Shown piece after piece: positions 28,357 to 37,459 of a stretch of DNA of 64,000 bases (positions are counted from its first letter, which is position 1; each line of letters begins with the position of its first letter). Below the pieces are notes generated by a model. The model made no database searches, was not told the DNA's origin, and saw nothing but the letters and a program-made list of their open reading frames with translations. The position numbers were made by a program, and so were the translations under genes. The DNA is from an uncultured delta proteobacterium (lineage in GTDB: Bacteria; Desulfobacterota; Syntrophia; Syntrophales; UBA2192), in assembly GCA_963705165.1 (NCBI GenBank), contig CAVPJD010000008.1:32001-96000 (forward strand), written 5' to 3'.

Positions 28357-30393
28357 TCAATCCATCCCGACCGTTGCAGACGACCGGAAGAACCCGAGGC
28401 GCCGCCGCTCGCTCTCCGGGGTCCCGGGCTGCGTTTCTTCGGGAGTCAGTTCGTGGTCGAGCTTTGCCGCGATTGCGGCGCGACACGTCATGTACCCCTT
28501 GGCCCGCGGATCCTCGATATCGTCGAGCTGCCGCTCCACATCGTCCACGAATGCCGCCTTCTTGCGGTACAGCGCGATCGAGGCGGCGAGGTAGTCCCAC
28601 TTGGCATCACGGAGGGAGGCGGCGCAGTTGCGAACGGTTTCGTCGCCGCAGAAAGCGGGCGGGCGAATCTCCGAGAGTTCCTCCACCGTTGAGCCCATGT
28701 CGTCATAAAGCCCGATGATGACCCCGAGCAATGCGTCCTTGTAGGGATGCGCGGCTTCGTAATGTTTCAGCATGGCGTTGTAATTCGCTTCGAACTGTTC
28801 CGCCTCGTCTCCCTCCCGCTTGAAACCTTTGCCGAAATGCTCGTGAGGGTGCACGCCGCCGATGTGTTTCTGCCGGGCCCTGTCGTGAATCTCGGCCGGG
28901 TCGGTGGACTCGTCGATCTGCTCCGGATCGACAATCGCCAGATCGGCCATACCCCTGAGCAGCCACTCGACGAGAGAGCCCCTGGCTTGCTTCTGCGTCT
29001 CGACCTCGGCGATATTCTTCTGGGTCAGCTTCGCTACCGGAATGCCCGCCTGCCCGCAGGAGGGTCTCGTCCACGCGTCGAGCAGCTCCTGGTCGTTCTC
29101 AACGGGGGTGGCCGCCGACGGCAGGATCTCCCCGGTGACCCGGATCCGCCTTGCCTGCGGGTCGTAGGCAAAGGAAACCCGCCGGTAGGCCAGGGGCCAG
29201 TCGGACAGCGAGCTCACGTTGAGCTCCAGCAGGTCCCTGCCGCCGACGCGGTGAAGCGCCCAGAAGCCCGAGTGCGTGTGAGCCGAGATGTACACAAGCG
29301 GGTGATCGACGGATTCGAGGATGGGCTCGAGCCGCAGGCGCGTCCCCGGGCTGAGCATGGCCCAGGGGTGATGGCCGGCAAAGATGACCAACTCGCCGGC
29401 TTTTTGAGCTGCGCCGACCCACTGCGCGACAAACTTCGCCTGCCCTTCCATCACGAGTCCCACATCCCCGGGGCTCTCCCCCATCGCCGTGCTGAAAAAT
29501 CCGATGGCCACGTTGAGCTGGCTCGTGTCCATCGCGACGATCGTCGTGCGAAGCGGGGCCCCCGGCGCGGGGGGCAGGCGGAACTTGTGCAGGATGAAGG
29601 ACTGTGCGTAATCGCGTCCGTCGATGAGGTCGGCCTCGATCCTCTCGATGAATCCCTGCGGATCGGGGTTGACCCAGCTCACGGTCACGTGCCCGGAATC
29701 GGCGGGAACGGACAGGCCTTCCTGGGGCAGGTGCCCCGTCGAGAGGCGCCTGAGGTAGCCGGCGATGAAATTCCGCTTGCTGAGCCCGGGGCCCCTTCCA
29801 TTCCCACTCTTTTCTCCCTCCAGGCCCGTGCCGGGGCGGCATCCCCGTTGCCAGTCCAGGGCTTCCCCTTTGATATAAGACTCGAGGATGTCGTAGTTGA
29901 AGATCCCGAAGAGAAGCCCGTCATGATTCCCGGTGGTCAGGGCGATGGGTTGCCTGGCCTTTTCGAAGATCTTCTGCATCCTGCGATGCTCGGAGAGGCA
30001 GGACATGTCGATCACGTCCCCGAGATGGATCATTGGCTCGTCCGGGTGGTTCTCGATGGCCCATTCCAGGAGCCGCCGACCGAAAAGAGGCTGTTCGGGC
30101 GGGCGCTGGGCCACTTCGACATACGAATCCACCGCCCCGTCGCTCTGGAGCAGCGGAAAGCCCGTGGCCTCATGCTCCTGGGTGTCCCCCACGAGAATGA
30201 TGGGAAGTGTGAGGGGGAGATATTGCCCGAAGCGGTCGTCGGGGATTCGCACCGGGTTCTGGTCCTGGCCTGCGCACCCGGCGATCGCCAGGACGAGAAG
30301 AAGCGCCGCCAGCATCGGAAACACGAAAGCAGTTCCCGTCTGCAGGGATCGACGGGAGCAGCGTAAAAAGCGATGTCTCTGCGCCATTTTCAT
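28357..30393 (-). CDS. Calcineurin-like metallophosphoesterase lipoprotein
   Basis: IAGC lipobox; GDTQEH, HLGDVID, GNHDG, GHHP, SAHTH; GGAGG RBS. Confidence 0.88.
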   Translation of the reverse strand: MKMAQRHRFLRCSRRSLQTGTAFVFPMLAALLLVLAIAGCAGQDQNPVRIPDDRFGQYLPLTLPIILVGDTQEHEATGFPLLQSDGAVDSYVEVAQRPPEQPLFGRRLLEWAIENHPDEPMIHLGDVIDMSCLSEHRRMQKIFEKARQPIALTTGNHDGLLFGIFNYDILESYIKGEALDWQRGCRPGTGLEGEKSGNGRGPGLSKRNFIAGYLRRLSTGHLPQEGLSVPADSGHVTVSWVNPDPQGFIERIEADLIDGRDYAQSFILHKFRLPPAPGAPLRTTIVAMDTSQLNVAIGFFSTAMGESPGDVGLVMEGQAKFVAQWVGAAQKAGELVIFAGHHPWAMLSPGTRLRLEPILESVDHPLVYISAHTHSGFWALHRVGGRDLLELNVSSLSDWPLAYRRVSFAYDPQARRIRVTGEILPSAATPVENDQELLDAWTRPSCGQAGIPVAKLTQKNIAEVETQKQARGSLVEWLLRGMADLAIVDPEQIDESTDPAEIHDRARQKHIGGVHPHEHFGKGFKREGDEAEQFEANYNAMLKHYEAAHPYKDALLGVIIGLYDDMGSTVEELSEIRPPAFCGDETVRNCAASLRDAKWDYLAASIALYRKKAAFVDDVERQLDDIEDPRAKGYMTCRAAIAAKLDHELTPEETQPGTPESERRRLGFFRSSATVGMD

Positions 30394-30529
30394 GCACCTC
30401 CAGATCGGAATGCATTTCGTCGTGGACACGCTCAACAGGGGGTTTCTCGACGACCGCATCATGGGGGAAATAGGGTGATTTGCTGATTGCGGTTTTGCCT
30501 GTACGCTAAACCCGATACCCTTGACCCTG

Positions 30530-30967
30530 CTAAAACACCTGCCAGCCGCTAAACGTCCTGGCCATCTCGATCACACGGCTGTAAATCCGCTCCAGGGGTT
30601 TCCACTCCTCGGGAACGGCATAGCCCCAGCTCATGGGGAAGGTCGCCTCGCCCCCGCTGCCGGCCAGCGTGAGCTCGCGGACAAGTCCCTCGTTGCCCTT
30701 GTGCGGTTTCTTGTCGGTCAGCGGAGCCACCGAATCGGGCAGGGTGCTGAAAAGCGCCTTCCCGTCCTTGACGGGCACCTTGTATTTCTTGCGCTGACCG
30801 CCCCAGGAGAGCAACAGCTCGAACTCGTCCTCCTCAAACAGCGGCAGGTTGGCCCGGGTGAGCCGTATCTCCGCCACGGGACCGAGTTCCTTCAATCGAA
30901 CCCGGATCTCCGATGCTTCGAGCGCCTTCAGATCGATCTTGCCGGCTGGCTGCTTTCGACGGGCCAT
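30530..30967 (-). CDS. Hypothetical protein
   Basis: 145-aa ORF with host-like codon usage and G-rich RBS. Confidence 0.7.
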   Translation of the reverse strand: MARRKQPAGKIDLKALEASEIRVRLKELGPVAEIRLTRANLPLFEEDEFELLLSWGGQRKKYKVPVKDGKALFSTLPDSVAPLTDKKPHKGNEGLVRELTLAGSGGEATFPMSWGYAVPEEWKPLERIYSRVIEMARTFSGWQVF

Positions 30968-31133
30968 ATCGAGACACCCCCCCCAGGGAAATGAATGGTC
31001 CGGAAATCAGGAAAGAACCCTACACAAAATCCCTATCACAGCTTGAGGAAGAATTGAAGGGTTCAGAACGATTTGAACATGATATGATATAAGATGATTT
31101 TGATGCCGCTGCCGCCAGGAGAGGATTGACGCC

Positions 31134-32021
31134 TTGAGTTCGTCCGGACGATTCGGTTATCTCTACGTTGCCCTGTCATCCTTGTTGTTTGCCATCTCGG
31201 GGACGGCCTCCAAGTTTCTCTTTCACCAGGGCGTCACGCCGTACCAACTTGTCCAGATCCGGACGGTGATCGCTTCGGCGGTCCTCCTGGCATGGCTTGC
31301 GGCCGCGAACCCCTCCGCCCTGAAGATCTCCCGGCAGAGCCTGCCCCGCTTCATCCTCCTGGGATTCGTGCTTGCGGCAACCATGTTCACCTACTTCTAC
31401 GCCATCAGCAAGATCCAGGTGGCTGCGGCGATTTTGCTCCAGTATCAGTCGCCGGTGCTTGTTGCCGCTTACGCTCTCGCCTTTTCCCGTGAACGCCACT
31501 CGACGGCAACCCTCGTGGCCATCGCGGGCTCCGGCCTCGGCTGCTACCTGGCCGTCGGCGCCTATACACTCGACCTGCTGAGCCTCAACAAGGCGGGGAT
31601 CATCGGGGGACTGAGCGCGGCGGCATTTCTGGCCTGCTATACCCTTCTGAGCGAGTCGGCCCTGCGTCGGTACAAGCCCTGGACGGTTCTCTTCTATGCG
31701 TCTCTCTTCTCTGCGGCAGCCTGCAACATCTTGCTGCCGCCCTTCGAAGGGCTGACCCGATCCTACAGCGCCATCCAGTGGTTCTGGATTCTGTTCATCA
31801 GCATCGCAGGCACGGCGGTTTCGCTGGGGCTCTACAACAAGGGCCTGCGCCTGATTCGGTCGACCCATGCCAGCGTCACTGCCACCCTGCAGCCGATCTC
31901 CGCCGCCGTGATCGCTTTTCTCTTCCTCGGCGAAATCATGATGCCCTGGCAGCTTGTCGGCGTCGGCCTTGTCGTCGCGTCCATCGTCGTGCTGCAGATC
32001 GGGAAAGAGAAGAGGTCGTGA
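31134..32021 (+). CDS. EamA/DMT family transporter
   Basis: 10 TM pattern, AAAILLQYQSP, LQPISAAVIAFLFLGE; TTG start with GAGG RBS. Confidence 0.92.
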   Translation: MSSSGRFGYLYVALSSLLFAISGTASKFLFHQGVTPYQLVQIRTVIASAVLLAWLAAANPSALKISRQSLPRFILLGFVLAATMFTYFYAISKIQVAAAILLQYQSPVLVAAYALAFSRERHSTATLVAIAGSGLGCYLAVGAYTLDLLSLNKAGIIGGLSAAAFLACYTLLSESALRRYKPWTVLFYASLFSAAACNILLPPFEGLTRSYSAIQWFWILFISIAGTAVSLGLYNKGLRLIRSTHASVTATLQPISAAVIAFLFLGEIMMPWQLVGVGLVVASIVVLQIGKEKRS

Positions 32022-32028
32022 CACGGCC

Positions 32029-32577
32029 TCAGCCGAACACCTCCGCAACAGCCTTCTTGAGGTGCAGGAGAAGTGAATGTCCCGGCGCGGCCGTGAGGCG
32101 CTCCGCCATCACTGAAAGAACCGAGCGGTAGTACCAGGCCTGCTGTTCGCGTCCCCGCCTGAAACGAGCCCAGACTTCCTCCCCGACCCGTTCCCTGTCC
32201 TCCCGGATGGCTTCCAGGTTCTCGATCTTGTCGGCGCAGGATACGAGGAGCACGGCCTCCGACGCCGTCTTCAGGAATTCGATGGTGTGCGCTTTTCTTT
32301 CCTCCCAGGGTTTTGATTTGTCGGGCTCCGAGGCGCCTTCCACGATCCGGGCAACGGCCTCCCCGAATCTGTGCCGTATTTCGTCGAGGCTCAAGGGCGT
32401 GTCCTCGACGGTGTCGTGGAGGATGCCCGCCACGACCACGTCCTCCGGGCAGCCGGCATCGATGAGGATCTTCGCCACGGCGAGAGGGTGGACGATGTAG
32501 GGGGTCTTCGTCCCCTTCCTGCAGTGCCCGCGGTGGGCGCGGGCTGCGAGTTCAATGGCGTCGAAGATGGCGGACAT
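32029..32577 (-). CDS. HD-domain protein, RelA/SpoT hydrolase-like (Mesh1/SAH type)
   Basis: AHRGHCRKG, PYIVHPLAV, AGILHDTVEDT, WEERK, CADK. Confidence 0.88.
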   Translation of the reverse strand: MSAIFDAIELAARAHRGHCRKGTKTPYIVHPLAVAKILIDAGCPEDVVVAGILHDTVEDTPLSLDEIRHRFGEAVARIVEGASEPDKSKPWEERKAHTIEFLKTASEAVLLVSCADKIENLEAIREDRERVGEEVWARFRRGREQQAWYYRSVLSVMAERLTAAPGHSLLLHLKKAVAEVFG

Positions 32578-32579
32578 GG

Positions 32580-33959
32580 TCAGCCCTGGTCCATGCAGTC
32601 TTTCTTTTCGGCAAACAGTCTATTTGTATACATCAGAGGGGATTCGGGGTCGAGATGAAAAGGCTTGCCGGGGCTGGAGAAGTCGGGATTCGGGATTCCG
32701 GACTCAGGAAGAATGAGGAAGCCGCAAGACGAGAAAATCCGCCTGACATCCCCCTCTGCAAAAGGGGGAAAGGATGGGGATTTAGAATCTTTCCATACAA
32801 GCCTCGCCCCGGTCCCGTTTTCTTCCGCTTCTTCGTGCCGCGCAGCGGACGTCGTCGTGAGGATGCTGGTATCGAGGGTCTCCGAGGCGGCCATCTGCGA
32901 AAGCGGGTAGGGATTCTTCGCGGCGAGAGCCGACAGCCTGGCCGAAGGGATGGCAAAACCCGTCTGGTTGTCCTCCTTATCACCGGCCCGGATGATTGCG
33001 ACAACCTCTCCCCGTGAATTGCATACGGGGCTCCCGCTTGCCCCGTAGGTCAGCGGCGTGGCGAGCCGGATCCCCACCCAGGGACGGACGGGCGCGGAGG
33101 ATACGGTGCCTTCGGCAAGGACATCGGTAAAGACCTTGTGGCGGCTGACGACAACGACCCTGTCGCCGGCATCGGCGGAGGTATTCAAGGTCAGGGCCCT
33201 GACCTCGTCAGGGGGGATGCCCGTCGAAAGCAGGATGAGGTCGTTGGCGGGGTCCTCGGCCACGATGCCGTGCACGGGGTACCTCTGGCCGCGGTGGGTA
33301 ACGATCTCTGCGTTCGTCACGCCCTGCATGACATGGTGATTGGTCACGATGATCCCGTCACGCCCGTAGAAAAACCCCGTGCCGTAGCCCTTGCCCGGGC
33401 AGCTGACGAGGACAACGGAGGGAGCGACTCGCCGGTAGAGATCCTGGTTGTTGAGCGCGAACACGCTTTCCTGTTCCTGCGTGTTGAATTTCACGACGGC
33501 GCTCTGGGCGGCATTTTTGACCCGTTTGGCAAACTGGTACTCCCGGCTCCCGCTGAGGAACTCGCGCAGCGTCGTGAAATGGAAACTGGCGAAGCTGCAC
33601 GTGACGATGCCGAGGACGATTACAAAAGACAGTACGACACGGCGGCGCAGGAGCGTCCTGAGCCTCCGGTAGAAGAGCACCGTGAGCAGGATCGTGATGT
33701 AAAAGGGCCCCCTGATGAGAATGGACGGCCGCTGCGTCATCTGGACAGCGTCGCGCAGCATGACGAAATCGCAAAAGGCGAAAACAAAGCCCACGACGGC
33801 AAGAACCGCGCCGAGGAAAAAAAGCGCACGGCGGCTGAAAGATTCCCTCAGCTTGCGGTAGAAGATCACAGCGAACAGAAGCGTGGTGAGAAACAGGGCC
33901 GCAACGATGATCACCCGGACCTCCATTGAAAGACCGTTATAGAGGGATCCCTCCCGCAA
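32580..33959 (-). CDS. Membrane-anchored trypsin-like (S1C-like) serine protease, no PDZ domain
   Basis: 4 N-terminal TM; GTGFF, TNHHV (His), DLILL (Asp), GASGSP (Ser). C-terminal ~65 aa run through repeat elements. Confidence 0.85.
   Translation of the reverse strand: MREGSLYNGLSMEVRVIIVAALFLTTLLFAVIFYRKLRESFSRRALFFLGAVLAVVGFVFAFCDFVMLRDAVQMTQRPSILIRGPFYITILLTVLFYRRLRTLLRRRVVLSFVIVLGIVTCSFASFHFTTLREFLSGSREYQFAKRVKNAAQSAVVKFNTQEQESVFALNNQDLYRRVAPSVVLVSCPGKGYGTGFFYGRDGIIVTNHHVMQGVTNAEIVTHRGQRYPVHGIVAEDPANDLILLSTGIPPDEVRALTLNTSADAGDRVVVVSRHKVFTDVLAEGTVSSAPVRPWVGIRLATPLTYGASGSPVCNSRGEVVAIIRAGDKEDNQTGFAIPSARLSALAAKNPYPLSQMAASETLDTSILTTTSAARHEEAEENGTGARLVWKDSKSPSFPPFAEGDVRRIFSSCGFLILPESGIPNPDFSSPGKPFHLDPESPLMYTNRLFAEKKDCMDQG
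32683..32783. repeat. ATTCGGG heptamers plus REP-like CCCCC/GGGGG palindrome inside the protease 3' tail
   Basis: tcggg attcggg attccgg actcagg; tccccctctgcaaaagggggaaaggatggggattt (reverse relative of 13740). Confidence 0.65.
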
Positions 33960-34169
33960 CGGGGCGGCTCCCTAATCACTTATCGGCAATTTTCGACGGA
34001 AGTTGAGCAGGAAAGGTTGCAGGCTGCAGTTGGCAGGCAGCCGCTACGCGGCCGGCATCCGGAAACCGAAGCCCTGCATACTGATCCTAGCCGTCTTCCG
34101 TTTGTTGATTCAGGTGAATCCTGACTGGATAGACGGAACGGACGGAAGAGGCCGAATAGACGATGAAAT

Positions 34170-35447
34170 TTAACGTTGTGCCCTCAGCGTGGCCGCCTGA
34201 CGGAAATACTCCGTGGCAACGTCCTGGCGTCCCCGCTTCTGCATGATGACCCCCATCTGATCGAGACAGACGGCCATGCCCTGCGTCTCCCCGACGCCAC
34301 GAAAGATCTGGAGGGCTCTTTCGTATTGGCCGAAAGCGATTTCGTAGCGATCAAAGCTCATATTGTGCTTCGCCTTGTCGAGGAGGTCGACCGCTTCGCC
34401 GATCTGTTGTTCGCGCAATCTCCTGCGCTCCTCCTGGATCTTTGTCTGCTGTTCCAGGGCCCTCCGCCTCTCCTCCTCCATCCTGCGCTGCGCCTCGCCC
34501 GGCTGCGGAGCCGGCTCGCCCGCCGCCGCCACTTGTCCGGCGTAAAGGACGGGCAGGCTCGCCACGGGGAATGGAGAAGAGGGGGTCAGGCCCGAGATGA
34601 TCTCCCCCGGTACGGCGATCCCGATGTGGGATGCCTGGCGGTGAACGCGCGTCGCTATGCCGACGACCTCTCCCTTCGTGTTCACGATGGGGCTGCCGCT
34701 CGAGCCCGGGGAAATGGGCGCCGAGATCTGGATCAGCCGTTTGCCCCCGGCCAGCGGGCGAATCGCGGAAACGAGGCCGTCGGTGATGGTCTGCGCAAGC
34801 TGGGGGTGGTAGGGTGTTCCGATCACCACGATCTTGTCGCCCACCTGCGGCAGGGAAGAGGTCATTTTGAGGGTACGGACACTGTCAATGGGCAGGTTGG
34901 CGGACAGGATGACTACATCGTTCTCCGCATCCGAGGCAGCGATTCCTCTGATGTCCATCACCACGCCGTTTTTCGTCTTGATCCTCAGGGACGAAGCCCC
35001 CTCGACGACATGATAATTGGTCGCTACCATCCCCCAGGGATCGATGAAAAACCCCGTTCCATGTCCGCGGACCTGTCCGGATTCATTGAGATTATAGACC
35101 ACCACAACGGAGGGGCTGACCCTCTCGTAGATCTCCTGCACGCTCAGGGCGCCCTCCCCGGCCGCTGCCCCCCTCAAAGGGGCGCCGGGGGTCCCATCGC
35201 CGGGGACGATGATGGTCTGCACGGGGGCTTCGGCAACCGGGGGGGCCGTCTTTTTCGCCGGGACGGCCGCCATGTCCGTCTTGCCTTTGTCCGCAAAGCC
35301 CAGCCAGGCAGCTGCACCCGACAGGCCCAGGAGGAGGGCCAGCAGGATGGCCATGCCGCCGGTGTTGAGCGCCTCCTTGAGCTTGTTGAAGAAAAGGACA
35401 ACGAAGAAAAATAGGACCAGGATGAGGCCGATGAGAATTTTAAGCAT
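34170..35447 (-). CDS. Membrane-anchored trypsin-like serine protease with C-terminal coiled coil and TPR
   Basis: 2 TM; GTGFF, TNYHV, DVVIL, ISPGSSGSP; RRMEEERRR coil; YERALQIFRGVG...LDQMG TPR. Confidence 0.9.
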   Translation of the reverse strand: MLKILIGLILVLFFFVVLFFNKLKEALNTGGMAILLALLLGLSGAAAWLGFADKGKTDMAAVPAKKTAPPVAEAPVQTIIVPGDGTPGAPLRGAAAGEGALSVQEIYERVSPSVVVVYNLNESGQVRGHGTGFFIDPWGMVATNYHVVEGASSLRIKTKNGVVMDIRGIAASDAENDVVILSANLPIDSVRTLKMTSSLPQVGDKIVVIGTPYHPQLAQTITDGLVSAIRPLAGGKRLIQISAPISPGSSGSPIVNTKGEVVGIATRVHRQASHIGIAVPGEIISGLTPSSPFPVASLPVLYAGQVAAAGEPAPQPGEAQRRMEEERRRALEQQTKIQEERRRLREQQIGEAVDLLDKAKHNMSFDRYEIAFGQYERALQIFRGVGETQGMAVCLDQMGVIMQKRGRQDVATEYFRQAATLRAQR

Positions 35448-35634
35448 CTTCTGCGCTCCGTTCTATATCGCAGGCAGGGGGTCGCCCCGGCATACCCATC
35501 CGCCCCGGAAAGAAATCCACTATTTATTGTCGGCTGATTTCAGATAATATTAAGGGCGGGGTCGATAGGAATGATGGTCCCGGAGGGGGTTCCGGTTGTC
35601 CCGGCCGGACGGAGATACTGTGGAATGGCGTACC

Positions 35635-35758
35635 CAGGTGACAGGTGTCAGGTTGCAGGTGACAGGGAAAACCGTAGGCAGGGATATTCCTGTTACCTGT
35701 TACCTGTTACCTGTTACCTGTTACCTGTTACCTGTTACCTGTTAGCCTGTTACCTGTC
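35635..35758. repeat. CCTGTTA heptamer array (8 perfect, then G, 1 more and a partial) with complementary CAGGTGA-like arm
   Basis: Perfect units 35689-35744; left arm caggtga caggtgt caggttg caggtga cagg at 35635-35666. Confidence 0.92.
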
Positions 35759-35788
35759 GCCTCCACGTGGTGATGGATTCGCTAAGGT

Positions 35789-36244
35789 CTACTTGAATTC
35801 CCCCGTCTCGTCGAAGGGAATCCGGAAGGACGGGGCGCCCGTGTGAATCGACCCCTTGAGCCGGTACTTGAACCCCGAGGCGTAGCTGCCCTTTCTCGCT
35901 TCCGAGAGCTGGCGCAGGATGCTGGTGAGCCCCGTGTAGGCCTCCACCTCAACGACTTTCGTGCTGAGGCGCTCCACCCTCACGCTCTGGTTGGAGACCC
36001 CCCGGGCAAAGGGCTGTCCGTTGATTTCCAGCTCGAAGGACATGCCGCTGATGTCCAGATCCGTCTCCGTGGGGTTCTGGATTCGCAGTTCCAGGAGAAA
36101 CGTCTGCTCCAGGAGCCGCATCTCTTTCGGCGTGACGTTGACGATGTCGACGTGAGGCTTCTCCCCCGTCCAGAAGAGCGAGGCGCAGCCGGAAACCAGA
36201 ATCACCAGGATCACGACGCAGGCCGAAACGACATTTCTTCTCAT
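35789..36244 (-). CDS. LEA type 2 / WHy domain lipoprotein
   Basis: VSGC lipobox; EQTFLLELRIQNP, LEINGQPFARG, YRLKG; GGAGG RBS. Confidence 0.9.
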   Translation of the reverse strand: MRRNVVSACVVILVILVSGCASLFWTGEKPHVDIVNVTPKEMRLLEQTFLLELRIQNPTETDLDISGMSFELEINGQPFARGVSNQSVRVERLSTKVVEVEAYTGLTSILRQLSEARKGSYASGFKYRLKGSIHTGAPSFRIPFDETGEFK

Positions 36245-36344
36245 TTCTTCCGCCTCCTTCCCCATCCTTTGAACGGGCTATAAAAATATCAGAAATCCGC
36301 CGGAATTGGAACCGGGACGACGAACGCCCGATGGACAATGCCTG

Positions 36345-37313
36345 TCACGTCACCGGCCTGGCTGCAACGACGCTCCGCTCCGCCTCCGTCAGCAGGCATC
36401 CCTCCAGGCATCGCTTGCTGCAGGACCCGTCGCAGGGCTCGACGTGGGTGGTGACGCTCGCGCCCGGGAAGCGCTCCCGGATCTCCCGGGCGAACTCCTG
36501 CGTGATGCGGTGGGAGGCCTCAACGGTCATCTGCGCATCCACCATGATGTGAAACTCGACGAAACGGAAATTCCCGGCCTTCCGGGTTCGCAGCTGGTGA
36601 TAGCCCTTCACAACGGGTTTTCGCTGCAGGATCAACGATTCGATCCACGCGATCTCCTCGCCCGGCAGCTGGACATCCAGGAGGTCGCGTGCCGACTGCT
36701 GCGTAAGATCCCAGGCCGCCTTGATGATGAGCAGGGCCACCCCGATGGCCGCCGCGGGATCCACCCAGTGCAGGTTGACTTCCGGGGCAACAAGATCCGC
36801 AGCCCAGATGACGGCCAGGGCGGTCATGACGCCGGCCGAGGTGTACACGTCGGTCCGCAGGTGCCACCCGTCGGCGATCAGGGCCACCGAATCGGTCTCC
36901 TTGCCCACCCGGAAGAGCTTGCGGGAGACGAACGTGTTGACAACAGCCGACAGGAGCATGACAGCGGCGCCCCAGGCGGCCATCTCCAGGGGCTCCGGGC
37001 GGACGATCTTCTGCGCCGCCTCGAAGATGATCCAGCCGGCGGCGAGAAAGATGAGGATCGCCTCGACGGTCCCGGAGATGTTCTCGATCTTGCCATGCCC
37101 GAAGGGGTGCTCCCGGTCGGCGGGAATGCCTGAGGTGCGGACGGAATAATAAGCAATCGCCGCGGCAATAAGATCGACGCCGGAGTGGATCGCCTCGGAA
37201 ATGACGGAGACGGAGCTGATCGCAAGGCCCACGGCGAGCTTCAGCGCGACGAGCGTCGTGTTGGAGATGATCGACAGCAGCGCAACCTGCCTTTTCCTCC
37301 GATCCGCTTCCAT
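36345..37313 (-). CDS. Cation diffusion facilitator family transporter (FieF-like)
   Basis: SEAIHSGVD, HPFGHGKIE, ADGWHLRTD, THVEP; Cys-rich tail. Confidence 0.95.
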   Translation of the reverse strand: MEADRRKRQVALLSIISNTTLVALKLAVGLAISSVSVISEAIHSGVDLIAAAIAYYSVRTSGIPADREHPFGHGKIENISGTVEAILIFLAAGWIIFEAAQKIVRPEPLEMAAWGAAVMLLSAVVNTFVSRKLFRVGKETDSVALIADGWHLRTDVYTSAGVMTALAVIWAADLVAPEVNLHWVDPAAAIGVALLIIKAAWDLTQQSARDLLDVQLPGEEIAWIESLILQRKPVVKGYHQLRTRKAGNFRFVEFHIMVDAQMTVEASHRITQEFAREIRERFPGASVTTHVEPCDGSCSKRCLEGCLLTEAERSVVAARPVT

Positions 37314-37459
37314 GGTAAGGGCTCCAGCGTCAAACGAAGAAATCATACACGACCTGCTGCTTCTTGAAAAGCGGATTCGAGGCTCTTCCGTCTTGCTTTT
37401 TCGCAGCCCCTCCCGTATGTTGCGGGGCAGTTTCCATTCACCCTGGGGCGAAGACCACG

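Noticed and set aside
27098..30366. Long ORFs 27098..28600(-) and 28747..30366(+)
   Set aside because: Antisense shadows of the lipase and metallophosphoesterase.
35689..35758. CRISPR array
   Set aside because: Contiguous 7-mers without spacers; no cas genes.
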